Positions 12,689 to 32,894 of a DNA stretch of 64,000 nucleotides are shown piece after piece. The stretch comes from Piromyces finnis finn (taxonomy: Eukaryota > Fungi > Neocallimastigomycota). The translations under genes and the position numbers were made by a program. How positions within the stretch are numbered: the first letter of the stretch is position 1; every line of letters begins with the position of its first letter. The stretch is from the NCBI GenBank assembly GCA_002104945.1, contig MCFH01000022.1, positions 682,001 to 746,000 of the forward strand. Direction: 5' to 3'. The notes beneath the pieces were generated by a model. The model was not told the origin of the DNA, made no database searches, and saw only the letters and a program-made list of their open reading frames with translations.

Positions 12689-13801
12689 ATTTGTTCCTCC
12701 TATTAAATAGGAAAAAAGCCATAAACATAAAATTTATAGATTTATTATTTTATACTAATAAAGAGAACGTATTCTCAACAGAAATAAAATAAAAAAAAAA
12801 AAAGATATAATACTTTATTTTAACAGGATGAGATATAATTAATAATTATTAGTATATTAGAAAAAAAATATTTTAAAAATATCGTTTAAGATTATTAGTT
12901 TAATATATATAAATAATAATTACAGTATATAATTAAATTTATTTTAATATCATTTTTATTAAAATAATTTCTTTTTCTTTATTTCATTGTAAAACATTTT
13001 TTATCTTAACTTTTTTTTTTTTTTTCTATTATTTAGTTTTAATTTGAAATTTTTATTTTATTTTTGTTTTTAATTTTATTTTTTATTTACAATCTCATCT
13101 ATATATGAAAATATATATTTCTATTTTCATAAATATAGAGGATAAAATTTAAACAATAAAAAATTAAAAACGAATAAATAAAAAAAAAAAAAAAAAAATA
13201 AATAAATAAAAAAATAAATAAACAAATAAATAAATAAATAAATAAATAATATGTAAATGTATATATTTTCATTCCCAAGTTTTATATCTATTTAAATGTC
13301 TATGTAAAGTATACCTTTTTTTTTTTTTTTTTTTTTTTATTTGCTTATTCTTTTCATTAAAAAAATAAAGAATCCATTACTATTTTACATTCATGAAATA
13401 TATCCATTTAAAAAAATGATGAAAATAAGAAAAAACTATTTTTTTTTTTTTGTAAAAAAGTTTATATTTTTTATAAAATACATTTTATTTTTTGTGTTAA
13501 GAATTAAAAAAAAAAAAAAAAAAAAGTTTTATTATAATTTAAAGAGTAGATATATATTTCTTTTTTTTTTTTTTAAATTAAAAAATCTATTCAATGCTTG
13601 TATTACAAATATCAATGGGAAAATAAATAAATAATAATAAAAAAAAAATATTAATAAAAATATATATTAAATACTATAATAGAAAGTTTTATGATGACGG
13701 TATTTCAAATTAAAAAAAAAAAAATTTTTTTTTTTATCCTTTTTAATAATTAGAAGTTAAAAATAAACCACCAAAGGAACTGGTTTGAACTTCTTTGGAA
13801 A

Positions 13802-20930
<7,129 letters not shown>

Positions 20931-22013
20931 ACTCCTTTTATATTATAATACTATTGTAACGTTTAAAGGCTTCAAAATTTTTAATAAACAATTTCTATTT
21001 AAGGTTATAATTTAAAAATAAAACTTCTATTATACAAACATTCAAATAAATTTACTTTTTGGTTAAAAACTATAATATATCTCTAACTTTTTAATTATTA
21101 TTATTTTTTTTAATAATGTATAAATAAAAAATAACAAAAAATTATAAAAATGATTGGTAATTATTAGCTGATGGATTTAATTCTTATTATACATATCATT
21201 TTTTTTTTTTTTTGAAAAATTTTATTAAAAGGATTAGAGTAGATAGAAATAATTAAGCATAATTAATATATAAAATAATCCAAGTAATTATTTTATATAT
21301 TAATTAAATAGTATGTAAAAAATACATATAACTATATTTTTGTTCCATATAATAACGTGATCAACACATATATTTTGTAGATTATTATTTCTTTTGATTT
21401 TAATAAAAAGCCGATTTTTTATTGGTTTAAATTAATTAGTTTTAAAATAAGGAATTAAAGTTTTTTTTTTTTATATTTTTTTTATTACTACAATTGGAAA
21501 TATATAATTAATATTATTGAATTAGTATTATATTATTATTTGAATAGAAAATTAATATTAATTATTATTATTTCGAAAAGTCATGATATTAAATTCTATA
21601 TTAAAAATTTAATTTTTATTAATTGTTTGGGATGCTAGAAATTATGGTGATAATAGGAGAAAAGTATTGAACTATATAATTCCTCTTTTTTTATATATAT
21701 ATATATATATAAAATTCTAGTAGAAATAAAATTTAATTAAAAAAAAAATAATCAAAATATTATATACACAATATATGCATATAAAAACATTAAATGAATT
21801 GAATAAATAAAATAATGATAAATTTTCAATTATTTTTCTTCTTTTATCAATAAAATTTTAACAACTATTTTTTAATTTGGTTTTTTTTTTTATTCCATTT
21901 TTTTTTCTTTTTTATTTCTTAACTAATTCAAAAACTTACAATAACTTTACAATTGTTATAAGAACCTCTTTAAATTTTAACAATATATATATATAAATAC
22001 AATTAAAGTAAAA

Positions 22014-24053
22014 ATGAAGAAATTTTTGAAAAAGAAGTTAGAAAATAATTTAAGCAAAGATGTGTTATATATGACCTTTGCATTAAAGGAAATTTCAATT
22101 AATCAACAATCTAGTAATGAAAGTAACAAAAACATTATAGAAAATGAAAATAATTTCAAAAATGAAATTCGAAAAACAGAAGAATTAAAATTTAATAATT
22201 TAATTTCTTTTAATGAAATTGATTTATGTAGTAATAATTTAATAAAAATTTATCCTAGTATTGGATTTTTAAATTCAACAACTGTGTTAAAACTGTAAGT
22301 ATCACTATAAAGTTATACCTAAATTATTATTTTTAAGGGGAATTCAAATTTTAATTAATTGGTATCATATTATATAAAAATAAGATGTTGTAATAATTTG
22401 ACTGAAATTCCTCCAGAAATTGGTTACATGAAAAATCTAGAAGTTTTAAATATTGCAAATAATAAAATTGAAAAAATCCCAGATATTATTTGTTTTTTAA
22501 AAAAATTAAAAAAGTTAGACATTTCAAATAATTATGTTAAGGAAATACCAATAGTAATAAAAAGATTATCAAATTTAACGCATATCAATTTAAAAGGAAA
22601 TCAAATAGAAATAATACCTTCAGAAATTGGGGAATTAATAAATTTAATTTCAATAAATTTAGCTGATAATGCCATTCAATATATACCCATAGAATTAAAT
22701 AAATTGAACAATTTATTAGAGTTAGACTTAGGGAATTGTCCCTTAGCAAGTTCATTTGATGAGTGTAGACCAGCATTTACACTTTCTTCATTTATAAAAG
22801 ATTTAATAGTTTCAAGAAATCAAAAATTATTATTAGAATCAACCAGATATCAAAATAATGCCACCTTGGATATGATTAATGAACTTGAACACTACAAAAA
22901 ATATTATTCAAATACGTCTTCTCTATCCATTAGCTTTGAACAAAACCAAAATAAATTTAGTCTATTTAATCTTAATCATTCTATACATAAAGACTCTTTT
23001 TTAGAAAGAATTGGAGGTAATAATATACACAATAATTTATTATAAAATTATTATAATATTATATTAAGTTTTTATTAATAAATTAATTTTATGGTTAAAA
23101 TTTTTATAAAATTATGGTATTATTTTCCTTTCTTTTTTTATTTATTCCGAAATGAAATGTTTTATTAATGCAAATTTTTTTAAATCCATATATTAAAAAA
23201 AAAAATAGTCAATTCTTCATCCACTTCTTTGAATCAAGGGAGTGATATAGAAACTCTTTCATTAAGTGATAATGATAACGATAACAATACAATTGAAGAA
23301 CCTATTAATAATGACAATAAAATTGAATTAAGGATACCAACATTAAAAGAACTATCAGCAAGAGTTATTGTTAGGAATCATTTATCTATACCAACAAATC
23401 TTCTTCAAGAAGATTTAATAAATTATTTATCATCCTATAAAACATGTTCTTTTTGTCATGGTCCTTATTTTGAAACGTATATAAGAAGGATTCGTATTAT
23501 GTATAAAGAAGGTAAAGAAATACCTTTTGAATATCGACTTTGCAAAGTTCATTTTAATACTAATGAGGAACGTATTAAGGAAATGTTTAAAATACGACCT
23601 GTTACTGCACCAAGAAGTTTAAATAAAGTAGGAATGAAAAGAGATATAAAATATAAATATAATGATGCTTCTTCTTCTACTAGTGATAATAGTTCTTGTA
23701 CATTAAATAATTCAATTGTTCCAAATACTTCTTCTTCTTCTTCTTCTTCTTCTTCACTTGATTCCCGCATTACAAAATCTTCAATATCATCACCATTAAA
23801 TTTAAAACATAAAAGTGTAAAATGTATATTTAATCTAAAGTCAAAACATCATCATAAATTAGCTAAAGATTTAGAAAATGTAGAATTCCTATCTAATTAC
23901 GATTCCATTTCTTCAAAATCATATTCTCATAAAAAATTAAATGAAGATAGTATTTCAAAATCTATCACTGTAAATGAATTATTAAATATGAAGCAACCAT
24001 CATTACCAGTTCTTCATTTTCCTGAATCAAATAATGATCAAAAAAATATATAG
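22014..24053 (+). CDS. Leucine-rich repeat protein with BC-box-like and Cys-containing C-terminal region (LRRC58/LRRC28-like); 3 exons
   Basis: Exons about 22014-22294, 22385-23016 and 23209-24053 join in frame. LRR consensus repeats (LEVLNIANNKIEKIP, LKKLDISNNYVKEIP), then IPTLKELSARVIV...YLSSYKTCSFCHGPYF...PFEYRLC. Confidence 0.8.
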
Positions 24054-25540
24054 AATAGTTAATATGCTTATCTTTTTATCTTTTACTGTACTATTTTATA
24101 TTTTAATTATCTCTATTACATTTTTAATGATATTTAAAAAATACATAATTAGTTTATTTTATATATATATAGGATAAGTTTTGGTAGTTTAGGATTGTTA
24201 ATTGTTTTAAAAATTCTATGTCTATAATACATAGATTCATGTGTTTATAATTGATCATGTGTATTTATGTGATAATGGCTATTGTGTTATCCAAAAATAT
24301 TTTTTTTTATTTTATTAAAATTATAGTGTTATTTCATTTTTCCACCAATAGTCATATTACAACTAGCGGATAACATCAACCATTTTGGTAAAATTAAAAA
24401 AAAAAAAAAATCTGTAGTATGCTTTTTTTTCTTTTATATAAAAAAGATAAGATAATGTCATTAATATTAAAAAGTATTGTAGAATATTATATTTGAGAAA
24501 AAAAACTAAATAAACTGTTATTTTAAATACATTAGTTCTATCCTGATGTGTTTTTTTTTTTATTTAATTAATTTTAAAAGTTAAAAATTTTTTATGTAGC
24601 CATTTCTTTATTATTATCAACCTAATATATTCAATTATATTATTAATATATTACAAAATTTAAAAGTACAGTACATTATATTTTGAAATAAAATGTAATG
24701 TATTTCTTTAAAATTTAAGTTATAGATTAATATATGTATTATATATTATACAATATTATATTTTATATTATATAATATATTGTTTCCAAAAAATAAAAGT
24801 TTAGTAAGATTTCTACTTTAAAAAAAAAAACCTCGTAATATTAAATAATAATGATTATAGTTTAATAAATAAATAAATAAATTTAATAAAGTATTTTAGA
24901 ACAACAAAAAATAAGAATAACAAAAAAAAAAAAAAAAAAAATTATTATTTAAATATACTTTTTATTTACTTTTAATTTTTTTTTTTTGTTATAATAGTGA
25001 AGAAATTTAAGAAAAAATCAAAATAAAAAAACAAAAAAAAACAAAAAAAAAAAAAACGAAAACAAAAACAAAAAAAAAAAAAAAAAAGGAAGAAAAATAA
25101 GACAACAATAAATTAAAAATAAATAAAAATAAAATATTAAAATAAATTGAAACAAATCAATAAAAATATACCTTTTTTTATTATAATAGAGTTTTACAAA
25201 GATAATAAATAAACCGTATGTTTTCTTTAAAATACAATTTATGTTTAGAAAGAGTTATTTTTTTTTTATCATTATAAAACAATAATATTTTTAGTATATT
25301 TATTTAATATGTAATATTATTAGATTAAACCTATTTAATCTAATTTATTATAGATTAAATAAAATATATTATAAAAATATGTAAATAAACAATATATTAA
25401 ACAATATAATATTTCCTTTTTAAAATTTATTTGACTAAATTAATATTTAGGAAAAAACAATATTCCCTTTAAAAATATTATAATTAATTATTTTTATTAT
25501 TATATAAAATATATTTATAATTATAAAAAATAAATAGAAA

Positions 25541-26556
25541 ATGAATCTTTTTAGATTAATTGCTGATATGATGCATTTGTTTTCAATCATCATTATCATA
25601 TTAAAGATTACAAAGACTAGATCTGCAGCAGGTATTAACATAACATATTATTTTAACAATACAATAAAAGATAAACTATTAGATAAGACAACATATTATT
25701 AGATAAGAAAACTAAATGATAAATAAAATCCCCCCAAAAAGATATAAAACATAAAAATTTATAAAATACCTCGTAAAAGAAGAATTAATGTTTATATTTA
25801 ATAACTATTTTTTTTTAAAGGTATTTCCTTCAAATCACAACTTTTATATGTCATTGTTTTCTGTACTCGTTACCTTGATTTGTTCTATACTTATATTTCA
25901 TTATACAACACTCTTATGAAGATTTTCTTCATTTCCACTTCAATTTACATTTGTTATTTAATGAAATTCAAATTCAAGGCTACTTGGGAACCATCATTAG
26001 ATACCTTTAAGATTGAATATTTAATTATTCCATCCTTCGTTTTAGCTTTAATCTTTAACTATGAATTCTCTATAATGGAAGTAAGTAATTATATTGATTT
26101 CTTTTAAATAACATGGATAGGAGTAAGAAAAATAATTAATATAATATATTATTATTAATAATTATTAAATAAATAAATAGATTTTATGGACTTTCTCTAT
26201 TTATTTAGAAGCTGTAGCTATTCTTCCACAATTATTCCAAATGCAACGTACTGGTGAAGCTGAAACTATTACTAGTCACTACTTATTTGCTTTAGGTGCT
26301 TACCGTGCTTTATATATCTTAAACTGGATCTGGCGTTACTTTGTTGACCATCAAATTTACTGGATTGTCGTTCTATCGGGAATTGTTCAAACTGCTATCT
26401 ATTCCGATTTCTTATATATATATATTACCAAGTAAGAATGATTTATTATTAAATTTAACTAATTAATATGTGATTATATTATTGTATTAATAAAATATTT
26501 CTTTTCATTGTAAATATAGGGTTTTCAGAGGACAAAAGTTCTCTCTTCCAGCATAG
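25541..26556 (+). CDS. ERD2: ER lumen protein-retaining (HDEL/KDEL) receptor; 4 exons
   Basis: Exons 25541-25631, 25821-26080, 26181-26431 and 26520-26556. [67 protein letters not shown]. Confidence 0.96.
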
Positions 26557-28289
26557 ATTTCTTAGATAAATAGACAATTTAACATAAATATTTTTATAAC
26601 TATAAGATAAAGATAGCGTTTTTTTTTATTATAGGTATTTTTAAAAAAAAAATAACATTAAGAATTAAAAAAATAAAAAAAAAATTTAAAAATATATTTA
26701 TATAATAACTATTAGTTATGAAAAGTTTTAATAATGCTAATTTAAATTTAAAATTTGTTTTTATATAAATAATTGTATAAAAGAAAATACTTAATTAGTT
26801 TTTATTGTTTAATAGAAAGAAATAGATTATATACAATAATATTAATAATTATTAGCATTTAAATAATTAATAGTAAATATTATAATAATTAAATAATAAA
26901 TAAAATAAATATATATTAAAAATTAGTATTAAAATTTACAAAAGACTTTTTTTTATAATAATAGTTTTTTATAGGTCAAAGTAAAATAAAAAATTATAAT
27001 ATAATCATAATAATTAAAAAACAAAAAACAAAAAACAAAAGAAAAAACAAGAAATATAAAGTTGAATTGAAATTTGATAATAATATGATTAGACTTTTGA
27101 AGCAAAGTGGTGGTGATTTAATTTATTTTATATACTACAATAAAAAGAATTATGAATAAATTTTAAATACAATATAAAATAATAATATAGGACACCAAAT
27201 GAATATTTAAAATATATGTAATTTATAAGAATATTTGTAATGTCCAAAATTCTAAATAACTTTTGATTTTAGTAAAATAGTTGCTTTGTTTTATGTATGA
27301 ATGTATATTAAAAATTACTTAGTTTCATGGTTTTTTTTTTTTTTTTTTTTTTTCTTGAATTTGGAAATAATAAATAAAGTAACTTTTTAATATTTTCTTG
27401 TTTTTATTTTTGTATTAACACTACTTAATAGAAGTAACTATTAAACAACTAATTAAATTTTACACTAATTAATTAATTAATTTATAAGTTAAAATAAATA
27501 ATAATGGACCATTTCACTAATGTCTAAGAAAATATATATAAATTTAATAGAATATAGTGGAAAAATCTAATTTAAATATATTATTATAAATTAATAAATA
27601 TATATTTTATAAATAAATAATTTAAATATTTATTTATTATTAATTTTTTTTTTTTTTATTTTTTTATTTTTGTTTTTCTTTTAAGGATAAAAAAAAAAAA
27701 ACACCTTAATATCATTTTATTGATCTTAAATTTTTTAAAATTACTAAAAACTTTTTTCTTTTATTTTAATTTTTACGGAATCCTATTTTGTAAAAAAAGA
27801 TAAAAAGAAAAAAGGTGTAATAAAAAAAAAAGTATCAAATAAAATAAATAAGGAAATCATAATAACAAATTAAATAAATATAAGACTTTATAGTTTTAAA
27901 TAAAATTATCCATTCAATATTCATATTATATCCAGTCATATAAATAATAAAAGTAAAAACATTTTATTTTAATTTTATTATATATAAAATTCATTTCCAA
28001 TTTAAAATAAAATTGCTGATTTTCTAATTTTATTTAATTTAATAACATTATTCAATTTACTGATTAAAAATCAATTTAAAAAAGGTAAAAATCTTTTATA
28101 AAATATATATATATTTTTAATTAATCATATATATATAGCAATAACAATAATATAACAACAACAACAACAATATTTAATATTTTGTTTTAATAAATAAAAA
28201 TCAAAAAAAAAAAAAAAAAAACTTTAATATTATCATTTTGATATTAAATTTTTATTCTTTTAACTATTTATTTACTTTACTATTAGAAA

Positions 28290-31200
28290 ATGGCTTCTAT
28301 GGACGTTGACAATACTATTGATGAAAGTTTATACTCCAGACAACTGTAAATATAAATAAATTTAAAAAAAAAAAAACATAAATTCCTTTTTTTAAATATA
28401 TAATTATATATTTAATTTTATTTTTTAAATAATAAATATTAATAATTAAAATTATTTAATGATATATAGTTACGTACTTGGTCGTGAAGCTATGTTACGT
28501 ATGAGTCAATCTAATGTTCTTATCATTGGTTTACGTGGTCTTGGTGTTGAAATTGGTAATATATTTGATATATCAACATTTTTTAATAAAAATGATTTAT
28601 TAAGTAATTTTATTTTATTATTGTAAATATGAATAATAAAATTTTAGCCAAGAATGTAATTCTTGCTGGTGTTAAGTCTGTTACTTTATATGATCCAGAA
28701 TTAACTAAACTCTCTGATTTATCTTCTCAAGTAAGAATTATTAACTTGAAATCATTGTAAAAATGCATTTTAAAATCATATTCAAAAAGTAACATGTTTT
28801 TTTTTTTTTTGATATCTTATATTAAATAGTTCTTTTTAACTGAAGAAGATGTTGGTAAGAGAAGAGACGAAGTAAGTTGCCCACGTCTTAAGGAATTAAA
28901 TAACTATGTTCCAGTTACTGTTTTAGATGGTGATTTAATGTCAAGCATTACTAACTATCAAGTAAATACATATTTTATAACAAACAAACAAACAAACAAA
29001 AAAAAAAAAAAATCAAAAGCATAGTATATTAAAAATTTTTTTCTAATTTTAATTTTATTATATATAGGTTGTTGTTTGTACCAATACTCCACTTAAGCAA
29101 CAAATTGAAATCAATAACATTACTCACCCACTTGGTATTAAATTCATTTCTACTAGTACTAATGGTTTATTCGGGTAATTAAAGAAATCAATGTTTAAAT
29201 TATATAAAGGATGAATTATGTAAAAACTAATTAAACAATTATTCAATAAATATATAATAGTATGGCTTTCAACGATTTCGGTGATGCCTTTGAAGTTACT
29301 GATCAAACTGGTGAAGAACCAAAATCTGGTATGGTCGCTGCTATTAATAAGGTAAACTATCAAAAACAAGTATTAGAAATATTTTATTGAAAAATATCCA
29401 ATTTAAGTTTTATTATTTAAATAAAATTAAATTGAATATTGATTTATTATAATACATAATATATTAACATTAACTGTTTATTCAAATGCAATAATAATTC
29501 TATAGTCTGCTGATCAAAGTGTTGTTACCTGTTTAGACGAAACTAGACACAATTTAGAAGATGGTGATTATGTTACTTTCACTGAAGTTAAGGGAATGAC
29601 TGAATTAAACGGTTGTGAACCAAGAAAGATTTCTGTTTTAGGTCCATACACTTTCAGTATTGGTGATACTTCCAACTTATCTGATTATGTCAGTGGAGGT
29701 TTATTCCATCAAGTTAAACAACCAAAAACATTAAAATTCGTATGCATCTAATTGGAAAATATCTTAAAAATATTATGATAATGGAAATATTTTTTTATTA
29801 TTTCTTAATTAAAATATATATTAACCTATTCATACTTAAATTTCATTTTTAAAATAATTAAAATATATAGAAAAGTTTAGTTGATTCCATTAAGGAACCA
29901 GAATTATTCATTTCTGACTTTGCTAAGTTTGACAGACCAGGCCAATTACATGTTGGTTTCCAAGCTTTAGATTCATTTGTTGAAAAGAATGGTAGATATC
30001 CAGTTCCAAGAAACGAAAATGATGCTAATGATGTTTTAGCTATTGCTAAAGAAATCAATGGTAATTCACCAAATCCAGTTGAAATTGATGATAAATTAAT
30101 TAAAGAATTAGCTTATCAATCAAGAGGTGATCTTTCTCCAATGGCTGCCTTATTTGGTGGTTTAGTTGCTCAAGAAGTCTTAAAGGCTATTAGTGGTAAA
30201 TTCATGCCAATCAACCAATACATGTACTTCGATTCTCTCGAATCTCTTCCATCCCAACTTCCAACTGAAGCTTCCTGCGCTCCAATTAATTCAAGATATG
30301 ATAATCAAATTGCTGTTTTCGGTAAGGAATTCCAAGAAAAGATTGAAAACACTAAGGAATTCTTAGTTGGTGCTGGTGCTATTGGTTGTGAAATGTTAAA
30401 GAATTGGGCTATGATGGGTTTAGGTGTTGGTAAGGATGGTTACATTTACTTAACTGATATGGATAGTATCGAGAAGAGTAATTTAAACAGACAATTCTTA
30501 TTCCGCCCATGGGATGTTACAAAGTTAAAGTCTGAAACTGCTGCTGCTGCTATTCATAAGATGAATAAGCAAACTGAAGGTCATATTAAAGCCTTCTCTG
30601 ACCGTGTTGGTACTGAAACTGAAAATATCTTTAATGATGACTTCTGGGAGTCTCTTTCTAGTGTCACTAATGCTTTAGATAATGTTGATGCTAGAAAGTA
30701 TGTTGATCTTAGATGTGTCTTCTTCAGAAAGCCTTTAATTGAATCTGGTACCTTAGGTACTAAGGGTAACACTCAAGTAAGTATAAAATTAAAGAAGAAA
30801 TTTTCTATATTTTGTACAATAATAAATGTCATTTTTATCATTTTTATTAATAATTATAAATGTATTTAATTTTTAGGTTATTATTCCACACTTGACTGAA
30901 TCATACTCTTCATCTCAAGATCCACCAGAAAAGGCTATTCCAATTTGTACTTTAAAGAACTTCCCAAATGCTATTGAACACACTATTCAAGTAAATATAA
31001 ACAAAAAAATTATTATTTGATAATGTTTATTGATTATAAAAAACAAGTTTTTTATACTAACTTTTGTTAATTTGTCATTTAATTATTAATTATCAATACT
31101 ATTAGTGGGCTCGTGATAAGTTTGAAGAATTATTTAAGCAATCTGCTGATAATGTCAACCTTCACTTAACTCAACCAAACTACATTGACAGCGTTCGTAA

Positions 31201-32894
31201 GCAAGCTGGTACTCAAAAGGACACTATCCAAGGTATCTATAACTATCTTGTTGCTTGGAAGCCAAAAACTTTCCGTGAATGTATTATTTGGGCTAGAGAA
31301 ATGTTTGAAGAATTATACAACAACAGTATTCAACAATTATTATTCAACTTCCCAAAGGATTCTGTTACTTCTAGCGGTCAACCATTCTGGTCTGGTCCAA
31401 AGCGTGCTCCAACCCCAATCATCTTTGACATGAATAACGTAAGTAGAAAAATAATAATTAGAAATATGTCAATTATATAAGAAATTAAACTTTATTTTTT
31501 CTAATTTGTAATTATATAATATAGCAATTGCATATGGACTTTATTATTGCTGCTGCTAATCTTCACGCCTTTAACTATGGTTTAACTGGTGAAACTGATG
31601 TTCAAGTTTTCAAGAACGAACTTGCCACTATTACTGTTAAGAAATTTGAACCAAAGAAGGGTGTTAAGATTCAAGTTCAAGAAAACGAAAATGTTCAAAA
31701 TGCTCTTCCAGGTAGATTATAAGTTTATGATATAATATATATACATTATACTAATAAAAAAATATTCGTATACATTTATATTTAATATTATTTCCTTACT
31801 CTATTTAATAATTATAGATGAAAGAGAAATTGAAGAATTAATTAAGAAAATTCCAAGTCCATCTACCTTAGTTGGTTATCGTATGAACCCAGCCGATTTT
31901 GAAAAGGTACACATTTTTAAAAAAAGAAAAAAATACTTAACATATTAAATTTATTAATAAAAAATATTTTTGTTTTCTTCAAAGGATGATGATACCAACT
32001 TCCACATTGATTTCATCACTGCCGCTTCTAACCTTCGTGCTACCAACTATGAAATTGGTTTAGCTGATCGTTCCAAGACTAAGTTCATTGCTGGTAAAAT
32101 TATTCCAGCTATTGCTACCACTACAGCTTTAGTTACTGGTCTTGACTGTTTAGAATTATACAAGGTAGATAATAATTTTAATACAATATATTCATAATGA
32201 TAGTTTCCCCTCCCCCAAAAAAACGGACTAATTAATTTATATATAAATTAAAAAAATTTAAAATTATAGATTATTGATGGTAAGAACAAGCTTGAAGATT
32301 TCAAGAACGGTTTCTTAAACCTTGCTTTACCATTCTTTGGTTTCTCTGAACCAATTGCCGCTCAAAAGATGAAGTACTATGATATCGAATGGACCTTATG
32401 GGACCGTTTCGATGTAGAAGGTGATATTACTCTTCAAGAACTTATTGATTTATTCAAGGAAAAGCATGAATTAGAAATCACCATGATGTCATCTGGTGTT
32501 AGTATGTTATACTCTTCCTTCATGCAACCAAAGAAACTTCAAGAAAGACTCAACATGAAGTAATATAATCAAATCGCTGTTTATAATAAATAATATTTTT
32601 AGTTAATATAAAAAAAAATTTTATTAAATAATAATATAAAATTACTTTAATAGGATTTCTACTTTAGTTGAAACTGTTTCTAAGAAGCCAATACCAGATC
32701 ACATTAAATCTCTTGTCTTAGAATTATGTGTCAATGACAAGAATGATGAAGATGTAATTATTTTTAAATCTATCTCCTCTATAAATAGTATATAACGATG
32801 AAAATAAGAAAAAACAATATTAATTATTATCTATATAATTTTAAATGAAAAATAGGTTGAAGTTCCATACGTTCGTGTTGTTATTCGTCCATAA
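28290..32894 (+). CDS. UBA1: Ubiquitin-activating enzyme E1; multi-exon
   Basis: [65 protein letters not shown], catalytic [20 protein letters not shown] (Cys codon about 30946), [23 protein letters not shown], ending [11 protein letters not shown]. Confidence 0.98.
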
